DNA of 32,523 nucleotides. It comes from a virus. Lineage: Duplodnaviria > Caudoviricetes. This document shows positions 32,414-32,523 of the stretch, in pieces. The notes under the pieces were generated by a model that did not search any database, was not told where the DNA came from, and worked only from the letters and a program-made list of their open reading frames with translations. The position numbers were made by a program, and so were the translations under genes. How positions within the stretch are numbered: position 1 is the stretch's first letter; every line of letters starts with the position of its first letter. The DNA lies in the IMG/VR virus record IMGVR_UViG_3300031460_000005, positions 1-32,523 of that record. The stretch is one strand, 5' to 3'.

Positions 32414-32523
32414 ATGCCCACCCCGTACACGGGCACAGCCACGGGCGCGCCGACCTATGTGTCCGGCCAGTTCGGCAAGCAGGCCATCACGCTGGATGGC
32501 GCGACGCAGTATGTCTCCCTACC
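32414..32523 (+). CDS. Partial LamG/concanavalin-like domain protein (truncated by window end)
   Basis: GAGGAG RBS; translates MPTPYTGTATGAPTYVSGQFGKQAITLDGATQYVSL, typical of a LamG-like domain start. Confidence 0.6.
   Translation, partial: MPTPYTGTATGAPTYVSGQFGKQAITLDGATQYVSL

Larger units (their letters stand above)
1..32523 (+). mobile_element. Contractile-tailed phage/prophage, late-gene region (boundaries lie outside the window)
   Basis: Canonical order terminase-portal-protease-decoration-capsid-neck-sheath-tube-chaperone-tape measure-baseplate, all on + strand. No integrase or att site seen, so prophage and free phage cannot be distinguished. Confidence 0.95.

Noticed and set aside
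1-32523. tRNA, rRNA, integrase, holin/endolysin cassette
   Set aside because: None recognised by eye. The only lytic domains seen are in the baseplate hub fusion.

Overview
High-GC tailed phage or prophage segment running from the end of the early/middle region through most of the late (virion) operon of a contractile-tailed, myovirus-like phage. The order is SWIM-finger and VRR-NUC genes, a putative late regulator, terminase small and large subunits, DUF935/Mu-gp29-like portal, S49 protease with nested scaffold, lambda D-like decoration protein, lambda E-like major capsid, head-tail genes, sheath, tube, tail assembly chaperone, tape measure, tube initiator, LysM protein, M23+transglycosylase+hub fusion, spike, gp25/W and baseplate J. 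Three antisense cassettes and one sense-strand moron interrupt the late operon. The most striking signal is an antisense HNH-endonuclease cassette (~5980-7420) that appears to have split the portal gene. It leaves the original 5' end as an orphan ORF and supplies its own recoded 5' end, RBS and probable promoter. AT-rich patches at conserved terminase/portal motifs and at the capsid and tube 3' ends may be scars of similar events. Other notable signals are a lambda pR'/tR'-like promoter-pause-terminator unit downstream of the regulator, a probable +1 frameshift (TTT-CGA) in the tail chaperone, and a 53-bp near-perfect palindrome before the tape measure gene. All product calls come from motif recognition and synteny by eye; no database searches were run and the host cannot be determined from this window.
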